From positions 1 to 38,812 of the forward strand of contig JASVEC010000161.1 of NCBI GenBank assembly GCA_030770535.1: a DNA stretch of 38,812 nt, in the 5' to 3' direction. This document shows, one piece after another, positions 12,902 through 23,241 of the stretch (the first letter of the stretch is position 1; the number at the start of each line of letters is the position of its first letter). Source of the DNA: Batkoa obscura (taxonomy: Eukaryota). The position numbers and the translations under genes are program-made. Below the pieces are notes generated by a model, which did no database searches, had not been told where the DNA came from, and saw only the letters and a program-made list of their open reading frames with translations.

Positions 12902-13138
12902 ATGAAATCTATTTCCTATGCTATTTTATTTTCTATTTTTACCTTTCATTTAGTTTGTTAGCTCTCAAAAGTCCCAATCCATAATATTGTAACGACTAAG
13001 ACCATTGTCTCAGGGTCACACTTTGTAGCCAGTGGTTACTACTTTGTTTATAGTGAAGACTATTTCATGCATCGAAACTGTGCTCTAGAAGCTGGCTGTA
13101 ATCTAACGGGAAGCAATACATGTTACAACAAAGTTTAG
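12902..13138 (+). pseudogene. Decayed paralogue of the secreted CBM19-like family
   Basis: MKSISYAILFSIF / SFSLLALKSPNP* ... SGYYFVYSEDYFMHRNCALEAGCNLTGSNTCY. RNCALEAGC parallels RQCGPGTRC. Contains frameshifts and stops. Confidence 0.6.
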
Positions 13139-13593
13139 TTTTTAAGATGTTTAAATAAATATTTAAACCTGTAATTATTTAAAGATGATTTAGGTTAATG
13201 CTTTAACTATAAATAGAACTATAAGAACGAATGTATATAAATAACCTAATGCATAATTTAGTATATATTTTTATATACACTGTTTTTATAGTCTCATAGT
13301 TAACTAAATCTGTTATTTTAAAAAAAGGGATAGATAAAACGCTGATTAAAAACCTTCTTGCTAGTGAAATTTGACAAAATAAACTCTGCATTTGAATTTG
13401 TCCAAAAATAAGCTAAAAATTAACGAAAAATAAATGACGGAGAAGGTAGATAAAATTGAAGAATTAACTCCGTGAAAAAAGGGGGTAGAGTAACCAACAA
13501 TAAAGCAACTAGAGCTAGGCTGTCAAAAGATGATATATAAAGAAAAAAGAGAAAGCTCAATATTTTTATCAAACTAACGATTAAATTACAAAT

Positions 13594-13902
13594 ATGAAAT
13601 TTGCTTCTTGTGTTGCTTTATTATCAACTGTTGCTCCATCTTTTGGATTCTTATTCCATAAAAGCTCCAACTCTTTACGTAATGGATACTATGGTGGTGG
13701 AGGTAACTATGGTGGAGGTAACTATGGTGGAGGTAATTACGGTGGTAACTATGGTGGATGTCGTGAAGGAGCTATGTTTTGTGATTATAACAGTGGTGGT
13801 TTCTATACTTGTGCTCAAGGTCGTTATGTCCTTCGTCAATGTGGTCCAGGAACTCGTTGTCAACAACAAGGTCAAGACAATGTCTTCTGTAATTATGCCT
13901 AA
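13594..13902 (+). CDS. Secreted Gly-rich CBM19-like protein, copy 3
   Basis: Same as copy 1 apart from I12T (ATT>ACT) in the signal peptide. Confidence 0.85.
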   Translation: MKFASCVALLSTVAPSFGFLFHKSSNSLRNGYYGGGGNYGGGNYGGGNYGGNYGGCREGAMFCDYNSGGFYTCAQGRYVLRQCGPGTRCQQQGQDNVFCNYA

Positions 13903-14455
13903 TTCTATAAAATATTTAAATAAATAACATTACCAAATTTTGTTTTGATGACGTTTACTTATTAAATTTTAAGCTGTTACAGTCCTATTTTTAAAAGTTT
14001 TGAAAGAACCAAAGGGGCGACTATAATTTTGGACACCTTTATTAAATTGAAAGCAACTCTTAACTTTTAATTCTGAGGAATAAAATATAGCTGTCTCTAT
14101 TTTTTAAGTAGCTTTCTTCCATAGTTACTAAAGTAGTGCATATAATGTCCTTATTTTAATATTATCAATGATATTATTATATATTTTAGCGCTTTATGGT
14201 ATAATTTTATGATTAAAAACGGGCTTTTTTAGATCAATATCAAATACCTCAAATTAAAAATAAATAACGCTTTATTTTTTTAGATTATAATAAGTTGAGA
14301 AATCGAAATAATTGATAGTTCATTTAGATAAAAAACATTACAGTAAAAACATTAATCTAAAGTATTTACATTCCGCCTACGGAAATTATGTCTAAAATAC
14401 AATATTCTACTCATATTTGTTATTGATTAAAATAAAATAATACAAATTATATCAA

Positions 14456-14558
14456 ATGAGGATGTATTTTTTTGTTTAAGAACTTTACTAGTAGTATCTC
14501 TACTCAAATAGTACTTAAGAAACGGAAAAAGTAATAAAACTAAAAAAACGCCCCCAAA
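14456..14558 (+). mobile_element. MITE family A copy
   Basis: TGAGGATGTATTTTT...ACTCAAATAG...AAAAAAACGCCCCCA. Confidence 0.75.
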
Positions 14559-14866
14559 TAGTCCTTTATCTATTACAAAAGTCCGCTGTTTCTTAGAATA
14601 AAAACTAGCATTAATTTTAAAAGGATTAAGGGGTAGATGTGATATTTTAAGTTTACCAAATTATATGCTTTTTTGTAGCCCATGATTTATCACAATAAAA
14701 ATATTAAGGGTTTTATGGCAATATTTATACTTTGGTAGAAAAGCATTTGATATAAAAATAGCTGAATAAACTCCGTGTCCTAAAAGTATTTAAGATATGA
14801 GTAAACCTATAGTATATAAAGCAGTGGAATGGATGATCAATTTTATCAAAAAAACCTCAAATCATA

Positions 14867-15151
14867 ATGAAATTTACTTGTGTCGTTTTATCAATTGCTG
14901 CTCCATCTCTTGGATTCTTATTCCATAGAAGTTCCAATTCCCTACGTAACACAAGGCCAGATTGGTCTTGGAACACAGGTAATAATGGCAGTGGTAACTA
15001 TGGTGGATGTCGTGAAGGAGCTATGTTTTGTGATTATAACAGTGGTGGTTTCTATACTTGTGCTCAAGGTCGTTATGTCCTTCGTCAATGTGGTCCAGGA
15101 ACTCGTTGTCAACAACAAGGTCAAGACAATGTCTTCTGTAATTATGCTTAG
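14867..15151 (+). CDS. Secreted CBM19-like protein, copy 4 (divergent N-half, identical Cys domain)
   Basis: MKFTCVVLSIAAPSLGFLFHRSSNSLRNTRPDWSWNTGNNGSGNYGG followed by the same Cys domain. TATATAAAG upstream. Confidence 0.85.
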   Translation: MKFTCVVLSIAAPSLGFLFHRSSNSLRNTRPDWSWNTGNNGSGNYGGCREGAMFCDYNSGGFYTCAQGRYVLRQCGPGTRCQQQGQDNVFCNYA

Positions 15152-15612
15152 CCCGTATTCATTTATTAAAATGAGATTAAAACTACTTTAGGTTTTGTTT
15201 TTATATGTTTCAATGTTTACAAATTAAAAGCATTTGATTGATTATATACAAATGAAAAACAATAGCTAACGTTCTCGACACTAGTTTTTTATAAAATCTT
15301 CGGTTAGATGTTTGATTATATTTGATTTTACTGTCTTTAAATTCTTTGCTATATTGGTTTACTATTTGGTCTCATAATAAATGAAAAATCTTTTAAAAAT
15401 AAAGTAATACTTTATTGAACTTAACTTAATATTCTCAGTATTTTTACATCTAATAAATATTTCATATCTTTATATTAGAAAATTGTTGTAATATATAAGC
15501 CCTTATATAAAATTTATGTAATTTTATAGTTTATGGGTTATTTAGTAATTAGGAAATTAAATCAACTTAAATACTTATACATTGTTACTATCAGCACGAC
15601 ATTTGTTTAGCA

Positions 15613-16086
15613 TATAGGGATGCCTTAATTGGTTTTAGAATTTACTCAAAAATTAATCTAAATTTTAAGTTTTTTAGATTTATGTTGTGAAATATCGCTT
15701 TGTCAGTCCCATGGTTATTTAGTTTGATTTGTTATGAGAATTTCTAGTTCCACCCAAAAGAATATTATCTTCTCATTTTGATACTTATACTTTTCAGAGT
15801 ATAAAAGAGTTTACAGAGTATAATAGTTCGAGGCTTTTTAACTGAATTAATCCCTGATATCTCGAACATTTAATAAAGCCACTAAGTTTTCTTAATAGTA
15901 TTTTACATAGATTTTACATTAGTATTGTCTATTCTATTTGTCTTATATAGCTTGTAACCTATTACGTGCTATTCCTCATAACCCAAGTCTATCTTAGTCA
16001 CATAAACTAAGACCTTTCGACTTATAGTGTAGTCAACCCAGCAATAGCTGTCCTTGACTCCAAACCCTGAGTACCAGATTTCACAA
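15613..16086 (+). mobile_element. Non-autonomous TIR element family B, copy 1 (internal deletion, right TIR missing)
   Basis: Begins TATAGGGATGCC. 15725-16085 is near-identical to 16274-16635. Confidence 0.75.
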
Positions 16087-16096
16087 TGTCTTAACA

Positions 16097-16651
16097 TATG
16101 GGTTGTCCTAATTGGTTTCAGGATTTAGAAATTAATTCAAATTTTAAAAATAAAACAAAGAAAAGATATATTTGTGAAATATTGCTTTGTCAGTGCCATG
16201 GTTAATTAGAACATAACAATCGCCTAAGCTGTTGTGTTCTCGAGTTTAGAGGAAATCAATCCCATGTTCTTATTTTGATTTGTTATGAGAATTTCTAGCT
16301 CCATCCAAAAGAATATCATCTTCTCATTTTGATATTTATACTTTTCAGAGTATAAAAGAGTTTACAGAGTATAGTAGTTCGAGGCTTTTTAACTGAATTA
16401 TTCCCTTATATCTCGTACATTTAATAAAGCCACTAAGTTTACTTAATAGTATTTTACATAGATTTGCGTTAGTATTGTCTGTTCTATTTGTCTTATATAG
16501 CTTGTAACCTATTACGTGCTATTCCTCATAATCCAAGTCTATCTTAGTCACATAAACTAAGACCTTTCGACTTATAGTGTAGTCAACCCAGCAATAGCTG
16601 TTCTTGACTCCAAACCCTGAGTACCAGATTTCACACTTGGACATCCCTATA
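16097..16651 (+). mobile_element. Non-autonomous TIR element family B, copy 2 (~555 bp)
   Basis: Starts TATGGGTTGTCC and ends GGACATCCCTATA (inverted match); no ORF. Confidence 0.8.
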
Positions 16652-16827
16652 TCTTATATGTTTCAGTTGATAAATGCTACTCCAAATGCTCTATTTAAAA
16701 AAATTAAATGTATTAATCTTCGATTAGAAAATGAGATTTTAACAATGCTTCACTTAGTATATATTACTACTTGTTTTTGAGTGTAAACAAAACAGCTAAC
16801 AAAAATAAAATACTCTTTAGTGTAACA

Positions 16828-16931
16828 TAAGGAAGTGTTTTTTTGATTTCATTACTTTTTCCATTTTTTAAGCGCTATTTAAGTGGAAAATTTATTAGTA
16901 AAATTCTTGAGCCCAAAAATGCATCCCTATA
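16828..16931 (-). mobile_element. MITE family A copy
   Basis: TAAGGAAGTGTTTTTTT...AAAAATGCATCCCTATA. Confidence 0.8.
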
Positions 16932-17466
16932 ATGTTATTTGTTTTAATATTTTGTTATTGAGTTATAACCCTGCCTCAAAAAAATTTAGACAATCATCTA
17001 TGTCAAAGGTAAGGGATATTTGTTATGCATTTAGATTATGAAAATAAAGAATAAGAGCATTATATAGTTAACAAAAAAGACAGCCTGGCGTGTGGTTTTT
17101 TCAAGTATATTCATCCTAAAGGAACAAGTGGTGATTTTGTTTTGAAATTAAGGGATTTTAAATTATATAGATGTATAGTTTTGACCATCCAAGGAGAACT
17201 AAAAGGGCGCTGATTAACAGAATCCTTTATGAGATTGGTAAATTTTTTACTGATCAAATACTTTATAGTTTCAAGGTTCAATTTAAATATTCATATTGCT
17301 ATTATAAACCTATGGCAATATAAACACAAAATAAGTAATCATTTAAGTAAAAAAATTCCAAAACTTTCCAATTATAGTAAAGTTATTTACTATAATTTGT
17401 TTTTTAATATATAGGCATATTAAGCTAAAAATAACTTTTGCTTGAAAGAGGGATTTTAGACTAACA

Positions 17467-17569
17467 TATGGGGATGTATTTTTGTATTTAAGAATTTTAC
17501 TAGCAATTTTTTCACTTAAATAACGCTTAAAAGATGTAAAATAATGAAATCAAAAAAAACATCCCCATA
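17467..17569 (+). mobile_element. MITE family A copy with long flanking direct repeat
   Basis: TA-TGGGGATGT...ACATCCCCA-TA. ATTTTAGACTAACATAT occurs at both 17453-17469 and 17569-17585. Confidence 0.9.
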
Positions 17570-17707
17570 TTTTAGACTAACATATTTTAGAAGTAGTGGG
17601 TATTTTTGATATACTTTCTAAAAATGTAAAATCTATTAAAATATTAAACGAAAGTAAAGTAGGTCCTATAAAAACTTAATGCAAAGCTTTATTTTTAACA
17701 CTGTTAA

Positions 17708-17811
17708 TATGGGAGTGTTTTTTGACTTCATTATTTTTTATATATTTTAAGCGCTATTTAAGCGGAAAATTTGTCGGTAAAATTCTTAAACACAAAAAAA
17801 CACCCCCAATA
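17708..17811 (-). mobile_element. MITE family A copy
   Basis: TATGGGAGTGTTTTTT...AAAAAAACACCCCCA. Confidence 0.85.
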
Positions 17812-18038
17812 TAGTAAATCAAAGAAAGGTTCAACATTAACTTTAGAAAAAAATTGGTCTACTAAATTTATATTCACAATTTAACTTATTTTGAATATAT
17901 ATAATTTTGGAAATATTACTTAAACTTCTTATCTAGATCGTTTTATTCTATTTTGTGATATTCGACATCTATGCTTGCATGTTTAAATTTTATTTCAATA
18001 TTGCATATTTTCCTATTTTTAATAACTTTAATTTTATA

Positions 18039-18143
18039 TATGGGGATGTATTTTTGTGTTTAAGAATTTTACTAACAAATTTTCCGCTTAAATAGCACTT
18101 AAAAAATGGAAAAAATAATGAAGTTAAAAAAAACACTCCCATA
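18039..18143 (+). mobile_element. MITE family A copy
   Basis: TA-TGGGGATGTATTTTT...AAAAAAAACACTCCCA-TA. Confidence 0.9.
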
Positions 18144-19905
18144 TATTGGATAGTGATTTAATAGATGGTAAATTTTAAATGGAACAATAGAGCATGACAA
18201 AGTTAAGGTAAAAAAATTAGAAGTTAAAACTTAAGCAGAGTGTTTATCTATTACCCTCTTACAATGATAAACTATAAACTCTATATGCATTGTAGTTTTC
18301 AAATACAAATTTTTTATACGTTTTCTAATCTCATGCATTTATATGCTTCAAACTTTATACCATTGTTATAAACGTAAGAAAAACTTAGTTTGTAAATCTA
18401 TCTCAGAAACCAGGCTATAGTACTGAAATATTCGACATCATTAATATTAGTTCCAAAAGAAAAGCACATGACTATTCTTTCCTTTAATGTATTTTGAGTA
18501 AGCAAACTTGTATCGCTTTTTGCATCAACAAGTTATAAATGTGAACATTTTTAGATTTTAAGATGTGAAATATTATATTGCATGTCATCATACATAATTT
18601 GGTTTCCAAAATTAGTATCAAATTTGGGAATATTAAAAGAAATCATATAAGTTTGTCAAAACTGGGAATGGCTATTTTTAAATGCTTTTAGTCTACTATT
18701 TATGACTTGAGCAGCAGCATCGATAGAATTTTCAAGTACATCATAACTACATACTTTCCTTTTTAAAACAAAATGCTTCATTATATGTAATACATTGTAG
18801 GAATTTATAACATTTTCAGATAATTTATTATTAGTATTGGAATCACATACAATATTTTTTTAATGCAATGTTACATAGAGCATTATGTAGGATTAAAACA
18901 GAAATGAACTTTTTATTTCTAAAAGTATCAACAATATAGCACCATAACAATTTATTATTTGAATGACTCACTTTTTACATTTATTATGTATTGTATATGC
19001 ATTTGTCTACTATCACCCTTTGTATCTTAAATATGCTTATGGAACTCCAGAATTTTTAATCCAGAACTAGCGTATATTCAACATTTGGACTAGCTAAGAG
19101 AGCTTTTTATACCTAAGTCATTATTCATTTGCTAAATAGGATTAAATAATATTTAAAGTAAATTTATTAAGGAATTCAAAAATTCAAGTTTCTAATTATA
19201 TCTCAAACCTCAATAGTACATTGTTCCTAATAGCCTCACCTACAATTTCTTTAAAATTTATAACATTCACCTGTCTACAAGATAAGTTACTAATTAGAGC
19301 ATTACTATATTATTTAGGAATGTAAGTAATTGATCCAGTATGTTCATATAGTTAATATTCGAAACTACACTTGCTTTGATTGAACTTTAGCTGTTTAACT
19401 TTCCTAAAGCTGCATGGTTTGATACAAATAAATATAAATAGCTTCTATGATAGTTCTTAGTAAAGAGTTTAAAGATTTGCTCTTTTTCTTTTAATAGTAA
19501 TAATCAGTGCTTTAAAAAAGAAAATATTTTAACTGGTTTAAACCGGATTTTAAGAACTTTGAATAGATCACATAGACAAAATAATGAACATAAAATAAAT
19601 ATTTTAATCAAATTATCAGCTATTTTGTTAAAATAAATCAAATAAAGTAATCTAAATATCACATCCAAAAAAACATGGTCAGTTGCCAATAAACTGGGTG
19701 ATTCATTTAAAGCGTGACCATAAACATATACTTGGGAACCTAAATGATAAAAGTTGAACTTGTAAACGTATTATATGTTATAGTTTTTGTGGCTTTAAAA
19801 CACATTATGTATCAAATTATCTAATCACGAAATGATATAAAAAGACATAGTATTTCAAAAAATCTAAATATCTGTTCTTTGATATTATTACTGATTTAAT
19901 CTAAT

Positions 19906-20319
19906 ATGAAATTTTCTTACTCTCTTGTTCTTGCTTCTTTGGCTTCGTTAGTTTTAGGAGCTGCTGTTAACGTCAACACTGGCTCTGATCTTCATCGTGG
20001 TGTAGATGAAGTAGAATCAGTCAGACTTCATGAATCTAGACGTCATCGTAGAGATAAAGAAGGAAACTATGGTGCCAGACGTCATCGTAGAGATGAAGGA
20101 GAAAGTGAGCTCAGACGTCATCGTAGAGATGAAGGAGAAAGTGAGCTCAGACGTCATCGTAGAGATGAAGAAGAAAACTATGGTGCCAGACGTCATCGTA
20201 GAGATGAAGGAGAAAGTGAGCTCAGACGTCACCGTAGGGATGAAGAAGGATCAGCCGAGCCTCATGGAGCTAGACGTCACCGCAGAGACGAAGAAAATCT
20301 AGAAGCTCGCCGCCATTAA
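19906..20319 (+). CDS. Secreted repeat precursor with RRHRR linkers (Kex2/furin-processed repeat protein, KEP-like)
   Basis: Signal peptide MKFSYSLVLASLASLVLGA, a propeptide, then 7x RRHRR plus a terminal RRH separating acidic 7-11 aa peptides. TATAAAA ~65 bp upstream. Confidence 0.85.
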   Translation: MKFSYSLVLASLASLVLGAAVNVNTGSDLHRGVDEVESVRLHESRRHRRDKEGNYGARRHRRDEGESELRRHRRDEGESELRRHRRDEEENYGARRHRRDEGESELRRHRRDEEGSAEPHGARRHRRDEENLEARRH

Positions 20320-20466
20320 ATCTACACTTATCCATATTGATCCTTTCATTCTATTACTTTAATGTTAATAACGAATAATAAAAGGATTTTGTCATCAAAA
20401 AAAATGATTTGTTTTTTTATATAGCTATTTATTCATACTTAATATAACTGGAACTTTAAACAGCAT

Positions 20467-22639
20467 TTATATATTCAATTCATTTCTAACCCAGTTTTCT
20501 AGCCCATTAAGTACAACTAACTGTTGCTGTTGTATTCCGACTGGATCAAATGAGAAGGTTTTAACTATTTGATCCTTTTCAACTACATTGACTTTAGAGT
20601 TGATAAAGTCTAAGGATAGTTGATATCTTAATTTAACTGTATTGGTGACATTAATATCGACTAATGTCCTTAAATAGTCAATCAATTTTGGGATAGTTAA
20701 GACTAGCACACCATTGTTAATCGCGTTTCTCTTATAAGTTTCTGAATATGAACCAGCAACTATAGCTTGTATTTTACATGCTTTAAATACGGTTGCTGCC
20801 TGTTCTCTACTAGACCCTGTACCAAAATTATAACCTCCGATTAAGATATCTCCCTGAAAACTTTATTAAATCAAGAAACTATTTATAAAAACGAGCTTAC
20901 TTCTTTTAAGATATTTAAAAAATTAGAGTCGAAATTTTCCATAGCAACATTACGCATTTCACTCATAGTCAGATTATCATTATAAGTATGTTTTCCAGCG
21001 TAAATGGCATCAGTATTCAAATTATCTTTATTCCCAATGTATAATATTTCTCCACTTATACTATTAGGAAATCCCTCTAATATCTCATTTTTCTTATCCC
21101 TTTTTTCACTCTTAACAACAGGTACTTCAGTTATTTCAAATTTTGCTGGTTTCTCTGTTGAACTAATTCTAGGTGGTGCACTAATATACCCATTTAAACA
21201 TGAAGCAGCCACAACAGCTAAAATTGTTAGTTCCAGTCTATTATAGCTAAGATTATATTGATATACCTGGGGATGCTAAATAGGCGAATGCGTTCTTTGA
21301 TCCCATTCTACCTTTGAAGTTCCTATTGGATGCAGAGATACCTACTTCCCCATCGGTTAGAAGACCAGTTCCCAAACCTACACAAGGTCCACAACCAGAA
21401 GGTAATGGTATAGCACCTGCATTAACTAAAGTATTCCAATAGCCTAGATTTTCAGCATCTACTTGTACCTCTTTTGATGCTGCAGCAATGTAAAATTGTA
21501 TCCCATCCTTGATTTTTTTCCCATCTAATATTGAAGCTGCTTGTTTGATATCACTCAACCTTGAGTTAGTGCATGAAACCAAATATGCTTTATCTACTTT
21601 TATTTTTTGAGCCTCTAAATTGTTAGCTGAATCTGCTATGCTAATTGAGTTTGGCCCACATACATAAGGCTGGATTGTGCTCAAGTCCAATCTAATATGT
21701 TTCGAGTACACAGAATCCTTATCTGGATGGATTGGCTCATTCTTCAATTTATCAATTGACTCTTTATTAATTCTTTCATGTTTGTCGCCCAGTTTTAACA
21801 TCCTCTTATTATAATAATCAATAGTAACATCATCTATTGGAAATATACAACCAAGGGCACCCCATTCAGTTGACATGTTAGAAATAGTCAATCTGTCGTC
21901 AATGTTCAATTTACTATTGGGACTCACTTCAATGATATGGTTCAATACTTGATCTTTGTTAAACAAATGGCATAATGTAATGATAACATCCTTTCCGGTA
22001 ACACCTTCATTTAATTCATTAATGAATTCTAATTTAACCACTTTAGGTATTTGCCACCATGTTTTACCAGTAGCCCAAACTGCGGCTGCGTCAGTCCTTA
22101 CCAATGGTGTCCCTAAACAACCTACACCACCATACATGTTTGAATGTGAATCACTAGCTACTGTAAATGTATTTGGGATGGCATATCCCTGTTCTATCAT
22201 TATTTGGTGACCTATTCCATCACCAGCTTTATAAAAATCAACACTATTACTTTTAGCAAATTGCTTAATATTTTCGTATTTTGCTAAATTGATATCACTT
22301 TTGTTTTGTACATCATGATCTATTGTATATACTAACTGAGAAGGTTCATGAACTTTCTTAACTCCAATAGATTTAAATCTAATATATTTAATTAAAAAAA
22401 CTATATTTAAATAATACTTACTTTTTTATAACAGCAGCAGTATTATCATGAGTCATAATACGATGTGGCTTAATAGTAACAAAATCACCTGCTTTTACCA
22501 ATCCTGTGTTATTTAGTACATATTTTTGGGTTATTTTCTCAACTAAATTTTGTCCATGGGTTACCTTACTAGAAGATATACCTCTATTGTTTAGTCTGGT
22601 TGGATTGGCCTTAGTGGCTTTTATAAAGTTCACCAACAT
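20467..22639 (-). CDS. LYS4: Mitochondrial homoaconitase. Exons ~22639-22422, 22378-21267, 21217-20901, 20853-20467
   Basis: Motifs MTHDNT, DHDVQNKS, GIGHQIMIE, ASDSHSNMYGG, VSCTNSR, CGPCVGLG, SNRNFKGRMG, NTDAIYAGK, NFGTGSSREQAA. N-terminal targeting-like peptide; three GT-AG introns. Confidence 0.93.
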
Positions 22640-22701
22640 TATTTAATTCAATTGATAACCTTGATCATATCATTTAGTCCTTTTTATACTATTTTCTGCC
22701 A

Positions 22702-22710
22702 ATGACTCAT
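22702..22710. promoter_or_regulatory. Gcn4/CpcA (AP-1) consensus site ATGACTCAT
   Basis: Perfect 9-bp consensus ~65 bp upstream of the LYS4 start codon. Confidence 0.65.
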
Positions 22711-23241
22711 TGTTTATCATTTGCTGCTTTATTGTGGTACCTTAAACTTGATTTTTATAGTTAGTTTTCATTTAATATCTTTTTTTAGTAACAACATGTG
22801 TTGTTATCTTTAAATACTAACTTATTTAAGTAATGTAATACTAACTTTTTTATACATTATTTTGAATATATTAAAACTCTTCTTAACAATACATTGCTTC
22901 TTATTCACATATAATGAAGTAACAGTATTAAAAATAAGTTTAGGTATTTTATTTCGCAATATTTTTTTAACAAAAGTTATTTTTTACTTAGGACTTTATA
23001 GTTCTAAGTTTATCCCTAATACTTTATTGGAACATGGATTTAAAGTTTGAGTTTAAAATTTTAAAATTGTTGATATTAATCATACTATATTATTATTTAT
23101 CTAAAGAATAAGATCTATTTTAATCATAAAAAATCTCTATCAAAAAGAACAGACTTTTAAAACAATTTGTAATGATTGGATAAACAATTAATCCCATTAT
23201 TATTTTTATCTTTTGGAGCGAAAAAATAACTCTTTTAAAAT

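Noticed and set aside
13978..14040. Tc1-like terminal motif (TACAG...ATAATTTTGGACACC)
   Set aside because: No partner TIR or transposase remnant found.
10389..15191. Alternative-frame and antisense ORFs over the CBM19-like genes (VVEVTM and TTIVTS repeats)
   Set aside because: Shadows of the GGT/AAC/TAT-biased repeat coding frame.
18300..19350. Coding-like decayed minus-strand sequence upstream of the KEP gene
   Set aside because: Many stops and no recognisable motif; needs BLASTX.
20017..20302. Overlapping repeat ORFs 20017-20232(-) and 20030-20302(+)
   Set aside because: Frame shadows of the RRHRR repeat; they lack a signal peptide and promoter context.
20035..20315. CRISPR-like appearance (AGACGTCATCGTAGAGAT repeats with short spacers)
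   Set aside because: In-frame protein repeats in a eukaryotic gene; spacers are short and duplicated; no cas genes.
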